From positions 1 through 58,979 of the forward strand of contig JAUCBJ010007968.1 of the NCBI GenBank assembly GCA_032718475.1: a DNA stretch of 58,979 bases, in the 5' to 3' direction. The notes beneath the pieces were generated by a model. The model searched no databases and was not told where the DNA came from. It saw only the letters and a list, made by a program, of their open reading frames with translations. Both the position numbers and the translations under genes were made by a program. Below are positions 1 to 13,050 of this stretch, piece after piece (within the stretch, counting starts at the first letter, position 1; the number at the start of each line of letters is the position of its first letter). The stretch comes from Nemertoderma westbladi (taxonomy: Eukaryota; Animalia; Xenacoelomorpha).

Positions 1-80
1 CCAAATACCGCCCACGTCTGGTCTATAGCAAAGCAAGGGTAGCACCCAAAGCACAGGCCACCATACCGCGCCTAGAACTA

Positions 81-1964
81 ATGGCGTCGGTACTGGCCGT
101 GCAGATGGCCCAGGTCATTATAAGGGCCCTGGGGTGCATCGTACTAGTGAGATATTGGATTGATGCCACCACGGTGGTGTTATACATCAGCCACCCGAGT
201 AGGCGATTCAAAGTATTCGTCGCCAACCGGGTGGACTATATCCGCACCCTAACAGAGGTTAGTGACTGGGGTTACTGTCCCACTGACCAGAACCCAGCTG
301 ACCTTGTATCGAGGGGGAGCCTAGAGGTCCCCTTCGAACAGAAAGAAGACCTGTGGCAGCACGGGCCGGCTTTCCTACCCAACAGGAAGGACTGGCCTTT
401 GTTCCCAGAGGCCAACGCATCGGAGCTTCTGAAAGCGGATCCGGAGGTCCGGGTGTGCTCCATGGTGACCACACCGGCGGTTAGAGACCCCCGGATTGAT
501 AGGATCATAGACAAGTCCTCAACGTGGAGGAGGACGATCAACAGGGTGGCTTGGTTCATAGCCTTAGCTAAGTACCGAATAACCAAGACCATACCCATCA
601 GGTTGCCTCTACAGGAGGCAGAGAGGATGGTAGTGACCTACGTACAGGCCCGAGCTTACCCTGAGGAGTGGAGGAGGCTCAGGGAGGGTAAGCCTGTACA
701 GAAGAGCAGTCCGCTACGAAAGTTAGCACCCCAGTTGGAGGGTGGTATCATGGTAGCATCCGTGGCCCGGTTGGCAAACGCCAAGGATTTCATAGTGGCA
801 AGCCAGCCCATGATATTACCTGCGGGCTCCACAGCCCTGAACCAAGTGGTGTGGCAGACACACTGTGACATCGCGCATGGGGGTAAGGATGCGACGATAG
901 TGGCGGTGCGTAAACGCTTCACCGCTACTGGACTCAGGCAAACCGTGAGGAAGATCCTCAGCGGTTGCATTAAATGTAAGAAGATATGGCATAGACGGCT
1001 AGAACAGCTGATGGCGCCGCTACCGAAAGATAGGGTAACGGCGGGACTCGTACCGTTCCACCACACAGGGGTGGATATGTTCGGCCCCATCGATTTATAC
1101 GTTCGATGGACTCGACGAGTACTCAAGACCATGCGAAAGGGGTATGGAATAATATTCGTCTGCTATGCCACACGGGCTATAGCACTCGAACTAGTACCAG
1201 ATGCTTCAGCAGCGGCGTTTCTCAACGCATTGCGGCGCTTTATCGCGCGCCGAGGTGAACCGAAGAAGATCTCCTCGGACAACGGAACCAACTTCGTCGG
1301 TGCTGAACACGAACTAGAAGGAGCACAACAGGCCTTCGTCAAGGGGACGGTGGAGAAGACCCAAGAACTGGGAATCGAGTGGTCGTTTCACACACCCTAT
1401 GCCCCTCATATGTCCGGTGTTTGGGAGGCTATGGTGGGCGTCGTGAAACGCCACATTCAGGCCGTTACACACGGACACGTAGTAACAGAAGACGCGATGA
1501 GAACCATCTTCGCCGAGGTCGAAACCATTGTTAACGGACGACCCCTGGTGGCTACCACCGATGACCCGAAGTCACTGGAGGCCCTCACACCAAACCACTT
1601 GTTGGGTGTAGGCCCAGTAACTGTCCGAGACCCGTTGGGAGAGATCGGCGAGGGAGACTTACGCAACCCATATATCGTCGCTCAGCGGTGTAAGAACGAG
1701 TATTGGAACCGCTGGGTACGAGAGTACCTACCCACGTTAAGACAGAGGAGAAAGTGGAACAAAGAGTACCGCGATCTACAGTTGGGAGACCTTGTCATTG
1801 TGACCGATGACACATTACAGAAGGGAGACTGGGACATGGCTCGTGTGGTTAGGACCCACGACAGTGAGGATGGTCACGTTCGCACCGTGAGTCTACGGAA
1901 GGCTTCAGGGAAGGTCTATCGTCGACCAGTCAACAAGTGTTGCCTCCTTGAAGCAGCACACTAA
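81..1964 (+). CDS. BEL/Pao LTR-retrotransposon pol C-terminus (RNase H end, integrase zinc finger, DDE core, C-terminal DUF5641-like region); 5' part outside window or frameshifted
   Basis: FVANRV, NPADLVSRG, LWQHGPAFL, H-x3-AH...CIKC zinc finger, TGVDMFGP, SDNGTNFVGA, GVWEAMV, LTPNHLL, W..EYLPTLRQRRKW, DGHVRTV, RRPVNKCCLL. Confidence 0.95.
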   Translation: MASVLAVQMAQVIIRALGCIVLVRYWIDATTVVLYISHPSRRFKVFVANRVDYIRTLTEVSDWGYCPTDQNPADLVSRGSLEVPFEQKEDLWQHGPAFLPNRKDWPLFPEANASELLKADPEVRVCSMVTTPAVRDPRIDRIIDKSSTWRRTINRVAWFIALAKYRITKTIPIRLPLQEAERMVVTYVQARAYPEEWRRLREGKPVQKSSPLRKLAPQLEGGIMVASVARLANAKDFIVASQPMILPAGSTALNQVVWQTHCDIAHGGKDATIVAVRKRFTATGLRQTVRKILSGCIKCKKIWHRRLEQLMAPLPKDRVTAGLVPFHHTGVDMFGPIDLYVRWTRRVLKTMRKGYGIIFVCYATRAIALELVPDASAAAFLNALRRFIARRGEPKKISSDNGTNFVGAEHELEGAQQAFVKGTVEKTQELGIEWSFHTPYAPHMSGVWEAMVGVVKRHIQAVTHGHVVTEDAMRTIFAEVETIVNGRPLVATTDDPKSLEALTPNHLLGVGPVTVRDPLGEIGEGDLRNPYIVAQRCKNEYWNRWVREYLPTLRQRRKWNKEYRDLQLGDLVIVTDDTLQKGDWDMARVVRTHDSEDGHVRTVSLRKASGKVYRRPVNKCCLLEAAH

Positions 1965-2665
1965 CCTAATAACGTGACTTTAGTCGCGACGACCCGACTA
2001 TAAATACGTGGCGTCAGGCGATTCGCAGTAATACCAGTGGAATAATAAACTGATAATACCTTATTTACCTTTAGTGTGTTTATAATATTATTTTATATCA
2101 AATTGGCCTAGTTGGCTTACTTACTACAACTGTAAGACTTATATGTAAATGATTTATTGATTACCGTGCAATCACACGAATTTGTAATTTCAATAATAAT
2201 AATAATAGATAGCACACAGTACCATCCATAATTACGTAATATCCTAAAATACTAAATGTAACCTAGATAGTTTGTAATGTAGGGGGAATTCGTGGTACAA
2301 TACACTTATTACAAAGGTTTAACTCCCAACCTTTTACTAGCTAACTGTAATAACAATTAATGTACAATTGAGACCTTGTTCTTATAGGAGACAATATATA
2401 TATCCATTAATTATACGATATTAGTATACGTGGAAGATACTGCCGTGACCAAGGCTACCGAGAGTATACGGCTGGCAACCTCAAAATCGAGCAACCCAGC
2501 AAACTCTAAACTCCGTTGCCTCTTCAGGCACTTAGTGCGCGGGTAGCGTCATGTCGGACGACAGCGGCACGTACACCTTCTGGGCCGGAACGAGATCCTT
2601 CCGGCGCCTATCCACGGACCAACAGGGATATAAGCTGCAGACATCGCTTATGAACAGATTCGACA

Positions 2666-2868
2666 GACTGCACCTTACGGGAGATTTAACTGTATTTTAC
2701 GAGAGTTCACTTGACTGCACCTTACGGGAGATTTAACTGCACGTTACGAGAGTTATTTGACTGCACCTCACGGGAGATTTAACTGCATTTTTACGAGAGT
2801 TATTTGACTGCACCTTACGGGAGATTTAACTGTATTTTACGAGAGTTATTTGACTGCACCTCACGAGA
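2666..2868. repeat. Minisatellite, 46-47 bp period (two ~23 bp subunits), about 4.4 copies
   Basis: GACTGCACCTTACGGGAGATTTAACTG...TACGAGAGTTATTT recurs at 2666, 2713, 2759, 2806 and 2852. Confidence 0.9.
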
Positions 2869-5109
2869 GAACCGAGACTATACGTCACGCTGTACATATT
2901 TACAAGCCACACCTTGCAATGCCCGATGCAATACTTGCATTATTTTTTGTTCCATTTGATCCATGTAGGTACGCACCACCGAATGATTACAATGTTTATG
3001 GAGTAAACCGTCTATAAGTATCCACCATTGGCTGTTTCGGGGAGCTCACGGGGGGGGGGGGGGGGGGGGGGTGTGCGAGTGTGTATGCGTTATTACGGGT
3101 GGATAGTTCAACACAGTTTACAGAGTGGTGTGATTTGGTTAACTTAGTATTTAGAGTGTATGTGTGTACGTACGTGTGTATGAAAGTTACGTATAACAGT
3201 CACACAGCAGTGGGTGAAGCAGAAGATGCCACCCACGAGTGGGGTTCGTCGCTGTGGACGCTCCCATTCACAACTGACGGTACCGAACAAGTAGGTACCA
3301 CCAATGGGGCCCACCTACCTTATCACAGGTACGTGCGCACATTGGGGGTGGCCCGATACGGACGGCCACAACAATTTGAGGTTGTTTGGAATGAGATAGC
3401 ACCGTGTGCAGTGATTGCGACAGGAATGAGAATGTAAGTTGGAAGTTAACGAATGACACAGAGTAGCTGGTTGGAGCGCAGCTGGGCGGATGGGTAGCAC
3501 CCTGGGTTGGCCAGGATGCAGGGGGTCGATCCCACATTTGGGGGCTCGCCGTGCCATAGAGCCGGACCTGGAGAAAGTAACCGATAGCGCGTTCGGAGAG
3601 ATTATAAATATTTAAATGGGTGCCCAAAGGATCGTAAAAAACGTCAGAGAGCGTAGCGATGTGGTGTCCATGGGTGTGCCCATCACCAATAAGTGGTGCA
3701 GGGGTCACCCAAAGTACATACGAGTGAATGAGTGTGTGTGCGTGGCACAACGAACAAATGTGTTTTTTAATTAATTTATTTACATTATTTCGTATCATGA
3801 ATCCTTTATGGTGTGATACCATTGCCTATATCCGAGAGTGGATGGCACTGAACAGCGCGTTACGGGGCTTAAACCGTTTCACGATATCAACACCCAGATG
3901 GGTGTTGATGTCAATCGTCTGTAGGGTCAGCGGAAACTCGTCTAGTGTGCTGACTCACGGCGAATTGGTAAAGGGACTATCAACTCCCGTTTTTTAAAAC
4001 CATACTCCGGGTCAACAGTACCCACCATTATTTTATCAATTTTCTACCACAATTTTTTTTTTACCGACAACCGACGGATTGTTTAGGAGTCGCCTACCTT
4101 TCCTGACGTTCACAGGGTGTCTACTGGCTCGTGCCTTTAGATATGGGAGTGTAAATCATTTACACTCCCAAGGGGGAGTGTGTCCGACAACCGGAACCTT
4201 ACCCTTCCCAAACCCACACATAGATTATACGAGTACCACGGGTTTCCCACCCAAGCCTAATGTTTGTACTGTAGGGGTAATTACTGTAGCGTTTGTACTG
4301 TAGGTGTAGGTAGGACTACGGACTGGCTAGTTACAGGGCACACGGGGGGGGGGGGGGGGGGGGGGACTGGGCTGCAGTGATTTCCAGGAATGTTAGTATT
4401 AGGTTACTACGTACGCCTTCCACCAAGTCAACTCTCAAGGTATCAATACAGACATGGGACTAGGTGGATTACAAACGAGGTATACAAGAGCACGTGATTG
4501 GGGATAGGTTGGCCGCCAGGCCACACCTGTAGCAAGACAGAGGTAGCAGGGAGATGGGATATTAGCTTTACCAGAGATAGGAATGTACAATTAGGCGGTC
4601 AATATGTACTACATTATGTAGTACGTATTTATTGTTATATTGGGGGGGGTTTCAGTAGGTTTTAGTTTTAGGTAGTAGGATTATGTACTTAATTAGGGTT
4701 TTGCTACGTACGGGTGCCAGGCTGGGGTCTTAAACCCCAGTCTGGCTCATTACTAGGGAATATTCATCCGCGCTACCGGGGTACATTAGACACAGATTAG
4801 CAATATTGGTTCAGTTGGTTTGGTGACAAGAGTGGAAGGTGATATCGTTGTTTTATGGCACATAGTTCTTTAGTAGTACAGATTTCTTATTCATTTTACG
4901 TATTCACTTATATTATTTTATCTTTTGTAAATGCATCTGATTTATTGTTTGTTATCTGTTTATATTCTGTCTATATTCTGTATTACTATGGTGCTGTGTA
5001 GGGATCGGCCTGCACAGACACCACACTGGAGCGTTTATTTATCAGTTTCCTTTCCACCGGACGGGCGGGTTACCTGATTTGGGCGGTTCAGTGGGGAGCT
5101 CATCATTAC

Positions 5110-6330
5110 GTGATATTTACGCCACTACACCAACCCACGGGTAGAGAACGAGTTCTTAGCGAAATTCGAACTCGCTATTATTTCCATAAACCCCGTAGAG
5201 CTCTGAACCAAGTTCTTAGGAACTGTATACCCTGTAGGAAAGCGTTCAGTAGGCCTTTAACACAGCGAGAGGCAGAATTACCTAGGGAACGAGTAAGCTT
5301 CTATGCACCACCCTTTACTAATACCGGTGTGGATTTGTTTGGCCCTATTGAAGTATATCGTGCTAGGACTATAGTCAAGCGATGGTGTGTCATCTTTGTC
5401 TGTATGACTTGTAGAGCGATCCATCTAGATATGGCGTACGATCTATCTACCAACAGCTTTATACTGAGTTTACGCCGACAGATCGCTCACTTTGGAACTA
5501 GCAACACGATGAGATCTGATAAGGGAGCGAACTTCATTGGTGCCAATAATGAGATCAAGGCTTACGTTAAAGATTGGAACCAAAGACAGGTGGACGATCA
5601 GCTAAGGGTAACAGCATCTAGCTGGATCTTCAATGCCACCGACGCCCCTTGGTGGGGAGGAAGTTGGGAGAGATTAATAAGGAGCGTGAAGACCGCATTT
5701 CACTTTATAGTGCCTTGCCGCGCGTATCTCACCGACGAACTTTTGCGGACGTTAATGGAAGAAATCACCGCCTATCTTAACGAGAGACCGCTTATACCAG
5801 TCTCATCGAGTCCCGACTCCCTAGAGGCGCTAACACCCGCGCATTTCCTACTGAAGAAACCTGTAGCCATGCTCCCGCGATCGGAAATCACGGACGGAGA
5901 CGAATACTGCCGAGAAACTTGGCAACTTATGCAGTTATTATCCCGTCGCTTCGCTGACCATTTCGAAAACAATTATCTGCCTACTCTACAACCTCGAACC
6001 AAGTGGTTTGCGCAGCAAGAAAACGTCAGCGCCGGAGACATGGTCCTTATTGTGGAATCAGATCTTCCACGTAAGCGGTGGCAGACAGGTCATATCCTCG
6101 AGACTCATATATCCGATGATGGTTTAGTGCGATCGGTAGAACTCATCGTCATGCGACATAACTTTAAGAAACCTGGAATTGTATTCGAAACACAGCAACT
6201 CAATCGCCCAGTTGGTCGTTTATGTTTACTGGAAAGAGACAGAGAACTATCCGGAAACTATGGAAGGCAAGATACTCTTCCCACGACCACCTCTCTAATC
6301 CAACAAACATCTAGGGACTCCCCAAAGTAA
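5110..6330 (+). CDS. Second BEL/Pao integrase, 5'-truncated, different family
   Basis: CIPC zinc finger half, PFTNTGVDLFGP, CRAIHLD, SDKGANFIGA, GGSWERLIRSVK, LTPAHFL, YLPTLQPRTKW, DGLVRSV; followed by purine-rich GGAGTGGG then TGTG (PPT/LTR-like junction near 6340-6350). Confidence 0.93.
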   Translation: MIFTPLHQPTGRERVLSEIRTRYYFHKPRRALNQVLRNCIPCRKAFSRPLTQREAELPRERVSFYAPPFTNTGVDLFGPIEVYRARTIVKRWCVIFVCMTCRAIHLDMAYDLSTNSFILSLRRQIAHFGTSNTMRSDKGANFIGANNEIKAYVKDWNQRQVDDQLRVTASSWIFNATDAPWWGGSWERLIRSVKTAFHFIVPCRAYLTDELLRTLMEEITAYLNERPLIPVSSSPDSLEALTPAHFLLKKPVAMLPRSEITDGDEYCRETWQLMQLLSRRFADHFENNYLPTLQPRTKWFAQQENVSAGDMVLIVESDLPRKRWQTGHILETHISDDGLVRSVELIVMRHNFKKPGIVFETQQLNRPVGRLCLLERDRELSGNYGRQDTLPTTTSLIQQTSRDSPK

Positions 6331-6881
6331 CCGCGTCTGGAGTGGGTGTGTGACTATATTATTTTATATGTTTTTATTATTTTTATATTTATGTATATAT
6401 TATTACGTAATTTTATTATAATCGTTTTCTTTAATTTTATTTAGCAGAATGTTATTTTAGCGATTATTTAGTAGATTAGTGCAATATATATTCGTGTTTA
6501 TTACCTAATTACTTATATTATATATTTAGTGCAACGGCGAGAAATAATTCTTTTTCTCTTTCCTTACTGTCCGTATCATATTATAAATACGTGACTACAG
6601 TAAGATGAAATATCCGTACTTATTAAAGTACAATAAAGCTCCTACTATACTCAAGTATTATTGGTATGTAGAGTATTAGGAATGCAAAGTTCAGATCCTC
6701 GTGTCTCGGCTAAACCAAGCTCTGGGTAGACCTTGGAAACGACTTGCCTCTTCTCACTGACATTGCTTCTTGCAATATTGCTCTCATACCGTATATTAAA
6801 TAATACCTATAGTAGCGTGATGTCCCTTTAACAGTAGCGTAAAACGCAAAATAAGTCTGTTAAACCCTTTGACCATCTGCC

Positions 6882-7215
6882 ATTCTAGTCGATTAAGATA
6901 TCGCGGCACCCACCGATATACTTGAAAGACAAAATTCTAGAATCAGTGGTTAACGTTCCCAGACATGATCTGGAATAAATCGGTGCCCATCTTAAATATT
7001 TAATATTTATAAAAATCTATTAAAACAAGTATAATAGAGTAAATGCTTACAAGTTAACTCTAGAAAATCTATAAATCAAAATCTGTTAAAATTTAGATCC
7101 TTTAAAATTCTAGTCGATTAAGATATTGTAGCACTTACCGATACTATTAAAAAGACAAATTTTCTAGAATTAAGGATCCTAGTCCCCAGACATGTTCTGG
7201 AATAAAATTGTGTAT
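6882..7215. repeat. Diverged direct repeat (~110 bp, copies ~225 bp apart)
   Basis: ATTCTAGTCGATTAAGATAT...CCCAGACATGxTCTGGAATAAA at ~6882 and ~7107. Confidence 0.75.
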
Positions 7216-8029
7216 ATTTTAATATTAAATAATAGAATTTACGGGAATAAATTTTAAATTCATATCCTCTCATGAATTTGATAAATTGTCATTTTATACA
7301 ATTTATAACATTCCCAAAATTCCATTAATTAATAGATCATGGGAGCGGAGATTCACCCTATTAAGTATATTAGTATGCGAGAATCTCCAATATATAGTCA
7401 ATAGCCGATAAAATTCATAAAATCATGTATAAAGGGGAATATTGACAATTAAAGAATTACTATTAAATAGCATCCCAGATCTGTATGCATGAGAATTACC
7501 CTAATTCTACTGCTAGCTTTCCATAATGTCACCATAGCAACAACCACGCTAGAATTAGAAGCGAGTTAAAAGAACAATAGAAAGCTTGCCCCATTGAATA
7601 GTATACGGAATAAATAGCACACTGCTAGTATCCAGGGATACATAATAATAACGTGGCATTCTGGAAGGCACTTGACTAACGGACAAATGGCCCGAATGTG
7701 TACAATTTGTGACAGTTGTGTGGAATTTGTGCGTTTATAGGTGAATGTTACTACTAAAGTGTGTTTACAGTAGCGAGTCGCAGTTGTGAAAGTAGCCCTA
7801 CCTCTGTAGCAAGAACCTGAAGTAATTCTGAGCCCTTGGGACGGACAGTGGAGTGACTCACACTGGTTATTGTTGTCGTTGTGTAGCTACTACGTTGGCG
7901 AGAGACACAGCGGCGACAGTACATCAGTGCTGAGGATCTTGCGCTGTCCGGGGGCATTGAGGGGGAGGCAGCGACGACCGCTAGCCTATTTATGATTAAT
8001 TATAATATCGATAAACTCATATAGCAGCT

Positions 8030-9597
8030 ATGACTGAGTTGATAGAAGATGATCTTGGTATCAGGGAGTGATATACCCTACCATTGCAAGCGTTTGTTGA
8101 TAGTTTAATAAGCGGCGACGCTAGTCAACCTACTACGGAGAACGATGGCTGTTATATCGAACCGCCAATGTCAAAGGAACAGCTCACGCGTGAATTGGAC
8201 TATAGAAAATTCACCGCTCGCTATACGCATCGTAATGGTACGTATATGGACTTCTTAACCACTGGTCATCCTATCAATTTACACGATACGGACGATGTAG
8301 ACACCGAAAGGGAAATGATCCTATTTAAATATCATACCCAGCGGAGTCGGAACAAAAAACTGAAAATCGAACACGAAAAATTCTATTCGAAATCGACTCA
8401 AAAGAGAAGACGTTAAAGAACCGGATAAACGCAGTGACTTCAACGTATATTTGGAATTCTTGAGAGAAACATTGTAAAGCTGGAGAACAATCACCCGCGT
8501 TTCCCCTACAAGACGTGCGTCTTTGGTATTATTGCGATGAATGCCCTAGACCCAACCAGCAAACGGAAAGACATAAACATCCGTGGAGACGTTGCGCTAA
8601 ACACAGTTTTACTCGCTATACTTACGGGAGTTTCGAGCGAAACTTGTACGACGTATCACCTATGCTCGCTCGACTCAAACGATCCTTAAATAAATACTGA
8701 TAGAACTCTGATGATCAGAGTTCTGGAATACTCGGTCAGGCCTCCCCATTCCCTGGTGAGACCTCAGACTCTTGATACTAATAGTATGACGGATCCTCCT
8801 GAACTGTACTCATTGTTCAAAGATCTAGTGTTACCCGAACAATTAGTCGGTGACACTCCGGTTGTGGCCTCCCTAGATATTCGCCCATCCTACCTAGCCG
8901 GATTGGGACGCGGACATTTAATATCGCCGTTCATCCCGTATAATCGTCCCGGTTTAACCCCGATACAACCTGTCACCGAGGTGGAGGAGAGAGTTGAACG
9001 AAACGCGTTAGACACTATTCGACAAAAGATCGGAAAAGGAACCTACGATTGTTTAGAGAAACGTAAATTGCAGCAGCAAGTCCAAGCGGTAAACAAATTA
9101 GCTTTATCTCAGTTCGATCGGGAAATCTAGAATCTCTAAGAAGATATCGAACTTGGACGACCCTACTCTCTGCAAGAGTTTTGGACGCATGCTTCCAATG
9201 ACAAGCGGAGGAAAATCAGCTCGAGGAGAAGCATATCGATTCCGATAGAGCCCGAGAACGCGAGTTGGAAAGAACCATCAAACCGAGGAAATTTCTCACT
9301 ACACACGGTCCACCTATTGCTCTCGTGCAAACGACCCATCAGGGACCAGTAAGAGCTGCTGTCTTAAAACGCGCTCTCAAGGTTGTTCGACCTCGCTCCA
9401 CTGAGGTTGATATCGATCAACCGGGTACCTCGACCGGCGGATACACCGACCGTAACCCTAAACCTTCCGATGCAATTGTATTGCACCCTTCACCCAGGAG
9501 TTATAGCCCTCCTAGTAAAGTGGCTCGCCCCAAAGAGAAAAGGACTCTTGCTAGCCTCAAAAAACTGCGTAAACGCCGTTCGCGTAAAAGGGACTAG
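8030..9597 (+). pseudogene. Fragmented ORF of unknown function (pieces 8084-8416, 8515-8700, 8711-9130, 9265-9597), probably a retroelement accessory ORF
   Basis: Consecutive same-strand ORFs in GC-richer DNA; CDEC..H..C..H motif; basic C-terminus KKLRKRRSRKRD; followed by GGGAGTGG-TGTAAA PPT/LTR-like junction at ~9668-9681. Confidence 0.4.
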
Positions 9598-9681
9598 CTG
9601 TTTAGAGTATTTTTATATTTTAGAAACTGTGATTTTTTATATTTTATAGAATTAAATCCCATTTTCTGGGAGTGGTGTAAA

Positions 9682-9808
9682 AGCTTTTGCGGACATAACA
9701 AGTCATTTTTCTCCGCAATATACCGTGTAGGTGCTTTAGCGGACATAACAAGTCATTTTCTCCACAATGTACCGTGTAGGTGCTTTAGCGGACATAACAA
9801 GTCATATT
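9682..9808. repeat. ~49 bp tandem repeat, about 2.6 copies, at the start of a possible LTR
   Basis: GCTTTAGCGGACATAACAAGTCATTTT...ACCGTGTAGGT repeated. Confidence 0.85.
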
Positions 9809-12800
9809 TTGCAGCAATGCGCCTAATACTCTATAAGACTGGAACTCAGATGACGAAATCTATCAGCTGTTTTACTGTAAACGTGGAACCACTCTTTGTT
9901 CTGCTCAGCCAATCAGAGCGATTTTAATTTTATGTTGGACAAGGGCCTATGTAAAACCGCGCAATGCATTACAGTCTTTGTTTACCTTTTTCTGAGCCAG
10001 AGAACACCGGCTTAGAATTCTTCTGTGCTTCTGTAGAAGTTTCAGACTTTGGCCAAACATTAGATGGCTTTGATTACAAGAACGTAAATCTATTATCTCG
10101 GCACCTACCGACACCCTGCAACGCAATCCAAACTGCACTGCGTGTCACTCTGTGCTACTTTCACCGCATTATTTTACTTCTGTTTACTGTCTGTTATTAA
10201 TTGTGGTATATTGATGGATATGTTGTTATATTTGGAGAATACCGATAAATAATCATAAAACCACCAATCTTCTTGATTGCTGAAGGTAAGAGGGACCGGT
10301 TACCTGTAGCAATTGCGACTTACATTATAGTGGTTTTTGTGTGAATTAAATGCTATTTCATAATCCCTACATGTGTCAGTTGCTATCCTCCTTATATATG
10401 ATCAAATTCAGTGACGGTCGGCAGATCAGTGTGAAGCAGTGTGAAGTCGTGTGCAGTAGTGTAACAGATAATAAAGCATCTCCTAAAGAATGCGCTATTT
10501 ACGAAACTCAGTAGCCATCTAGTTGTGTTTAGTATAAGTCATAACTCTGTTTTTATATTTAAAGCGCCACGTCCTAAAGGAACTGTTAATATTTCCCCTA
10601 AAGTAAATATATTTGTCAGAGATTATATAGTAACGATTAATCGAATAATACAGTAGGTCTACACCGCAATCACTTCAAAGCATCCGAATCCAGTCTCCCT
10701 TAACAGTGGGTGAATGATCGCGCATAGACTGGCTTCGGCTAATGTAACTTTATGTGCACTAAATACTTGTTATAGGCTAAAGTCGATTTATAAACAAGAG
10801 GACAACTAAAATTGGCAGGTTAAACTGCTAAAGGTCTGAAAGCGCGAACACCCTTTCCACTCTTTATCCGATTCATGTGCCTGTAAATTCTGCCATCATA
10901 GATAAATTCTATATCTTGGTCTGTTCATCTGCCCCCATCTCTTGTACAACTAGCAAATGATTAAATCTATTTATTTTATAATTCAACATATATATATGAT
11001 ATAATAATAATCCCATTTTTAGTTAATTAATTTTCTATTTTATTATCGATTCATGTGTGTAGTACATTATATTATATTCTATTCCATTTTAATATATTTA
11101 TATTAATTAGTCAATTGAAATAATGAATAAATTCCCAGTTGCCCATATTGTTATCTATGGTTGAATTACAGTAAATCCATATATCAGCACTCAGCCCTTA
11201 CCCTATGGAAAAAATAAGCGCAAGTACAGTTTGGGTTATTGTTACATTTATTGTAATGTAACATTAAACTGAGTCATTTACGAATAGTTAGCGGTAGTGT
11301 AATGTACAGGTGTGGTACTCTATCGGTGGGGGTACTCACAGGTGAGGTACTCTCGTTCCTTTATTTGGTCGCCTTAATATCTATCCTACAAGGTGAAAAG
11401 AGTCCAACCTCAACTTCTACTTTTAAACTTTATGGGTGCTCAAAATAAGCACCCTTATCATTATATTGGACCCCACGTTAGGTGCTAATTTATCATAATT
11501 AAACGCACCTTAAATATATTAAATAGATTACCGGTACATTTAGTTTGAGTCATTTATTAAAAGTAATGTAAAAGTGAATATATAATTTTGTTGAAGGAGA
11601 GAATTCAAAATAGTAAAAAAATTAAAGAAGTAATGTATATAGTAAAAAATAATTGTGAAAAAAATCTTATTTATTCATTTTATATATATTGTACAAAATA
11701 TATTTTTAATTTAACAAATCACTAATCTCTGGGTAAAATGTCTGCTTTTAATACCCGGGAACTAGAGACTTATCCAGAGACCAAAAAATTGCCCGGAGAA
11801 TCCAGAGATCAGAGACAAGTATCGGTTTCAACTCTAGAATTGAGTAAATAAACATAAGATTTAAGTCGATTTACGTGTCAAAAATGTATACCTTTGAATT
11901 TTGATAATATCTTAGGCAGTTGTTGGTGAAATTAATGAAAACGATTTTCAGATTCGGAATCTGCAGACGCAGGTGGTTGTAATGATATCTGGATTACTTT
12001 CAATAGACGAAAAATAAAGCCGACGGAGGTGGCTAAATATTGCCAATTAGGAGAATTATAACGGCTTGTGTATCGAAATAGCTCCGAAATTGAAAAATCC
12101 GATTAAAAATTAGAAAGGACACCTGAATTAAGAAACTATATTCCAGGAAACATGTGTATGTTAATGTGCATAGTTATTATTACTACAGTACTACCGGTAA
12201 GTTAGATTATACGAACCGCCTCGACATAAAAAGTTTCAACATATAAAATATAATTATAATAATTGTTTTAATTAAATCATTTAAGCAAGTTAAACAAAAA
12301 TTATACACAGTAGATGCAACATTCAACGTTGGTTATCACATCACTACATCATCACTTTTTTTAATGAAATTTTAAAGTAAGCACTTAGGTACAAAACAGT
12401 ACAGTGCGGTTTTATGCCGTTAAGGAAACTCAATTTCTATGGGATAGGGCGATCTTTCTGACAATACTGCATTATTATATAGGATATGTTATAGGTATAT
12501 ATCATATATGTCATATTATGACAGCGACAACATGGGATAATGGCTACAATAATAATTATACCCAAAGGCGATATATAATTATGAATTTAATTTGTTTTAG
12601 TCGGTTTTATACGGTTTTAGTCGTTTAGTAGGCTATCTTACTTAACTTGATATGTTATTCAATTAAAACAATTATAATTATATATAATTAAAAACTAGTT
12701 AGGCCATAGCATCAATATAATAACAAATAATGCTTGGCAAACGCATTTATTGATGTAAATAATTTAATATAAAATAAGAACCAGTTCGATACAATTAATA

Positions 12801-12828
12801 TCTCGATTACAGTTTATAGGCCTATGTT

Positions 12829-13050
12829 TCAAGGAGGGTTCCTCTCGGCAGGGACCGTAAAGTTTGTGTCGGTGACTAGAAGGAATTCGTCTATTAGAGA
12901 TACAGTTTCATCGCTGAGTATATCTCGCCAAGCGAAGTAAATAATAACAGACCCAAGGACTATGAACGTAAGAAGGGACACCGTCAGGCATATCTTCGCT
13001 AGCTTGGCGTTCTTAGAAGAATAATGCTCGATATAAGGACCACAATGCAT
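12829..13050 (-). CDS. Candidate small single-pass membrane protein (73 aa), possible host gene
   Basis: Hydrophobic segment ICLTVSLLTFIVLGSVIIYFAW; upstream acceptor (...ATAATCCAG at 13071), donor-like GTAAG near 13210, AATAAA downstream at ~12746-12751 on the minus strand. Confidence 0.4.
   Translation of the reverse strand: MHCGPYIEHYSSKNAKLAKICLTVSLLTFIVLGSVIIYFAWRDILSDETVSLIDEFLLVTDTNFTVPAERNPP

Noticed and set aside
2270-2300. AGGGGGAA as PPT of the first BEL element
   Set aside because: Not followed by a clear TG LTR start, and no second LTR copy to confirm
2666-2868. Regularly spaced repeats resembling a CRISPR array
   Set aside because: No unique spacers, eukaryotic context, no cas genes; a simple minisatellite
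3268-3822. Minus-strand 184 aa ORF containing FYDPLG, like the BEL YDPLG motif
   Set aside because: No other RT or RNase H motifs nearby; probably chance
3049-4365. Long poly-G tracts (also 46788, 47837; poly-C at 15075)
   Set aside because: Homopolymer length differs between LTR copies, consistent with slippage; no evidence of function
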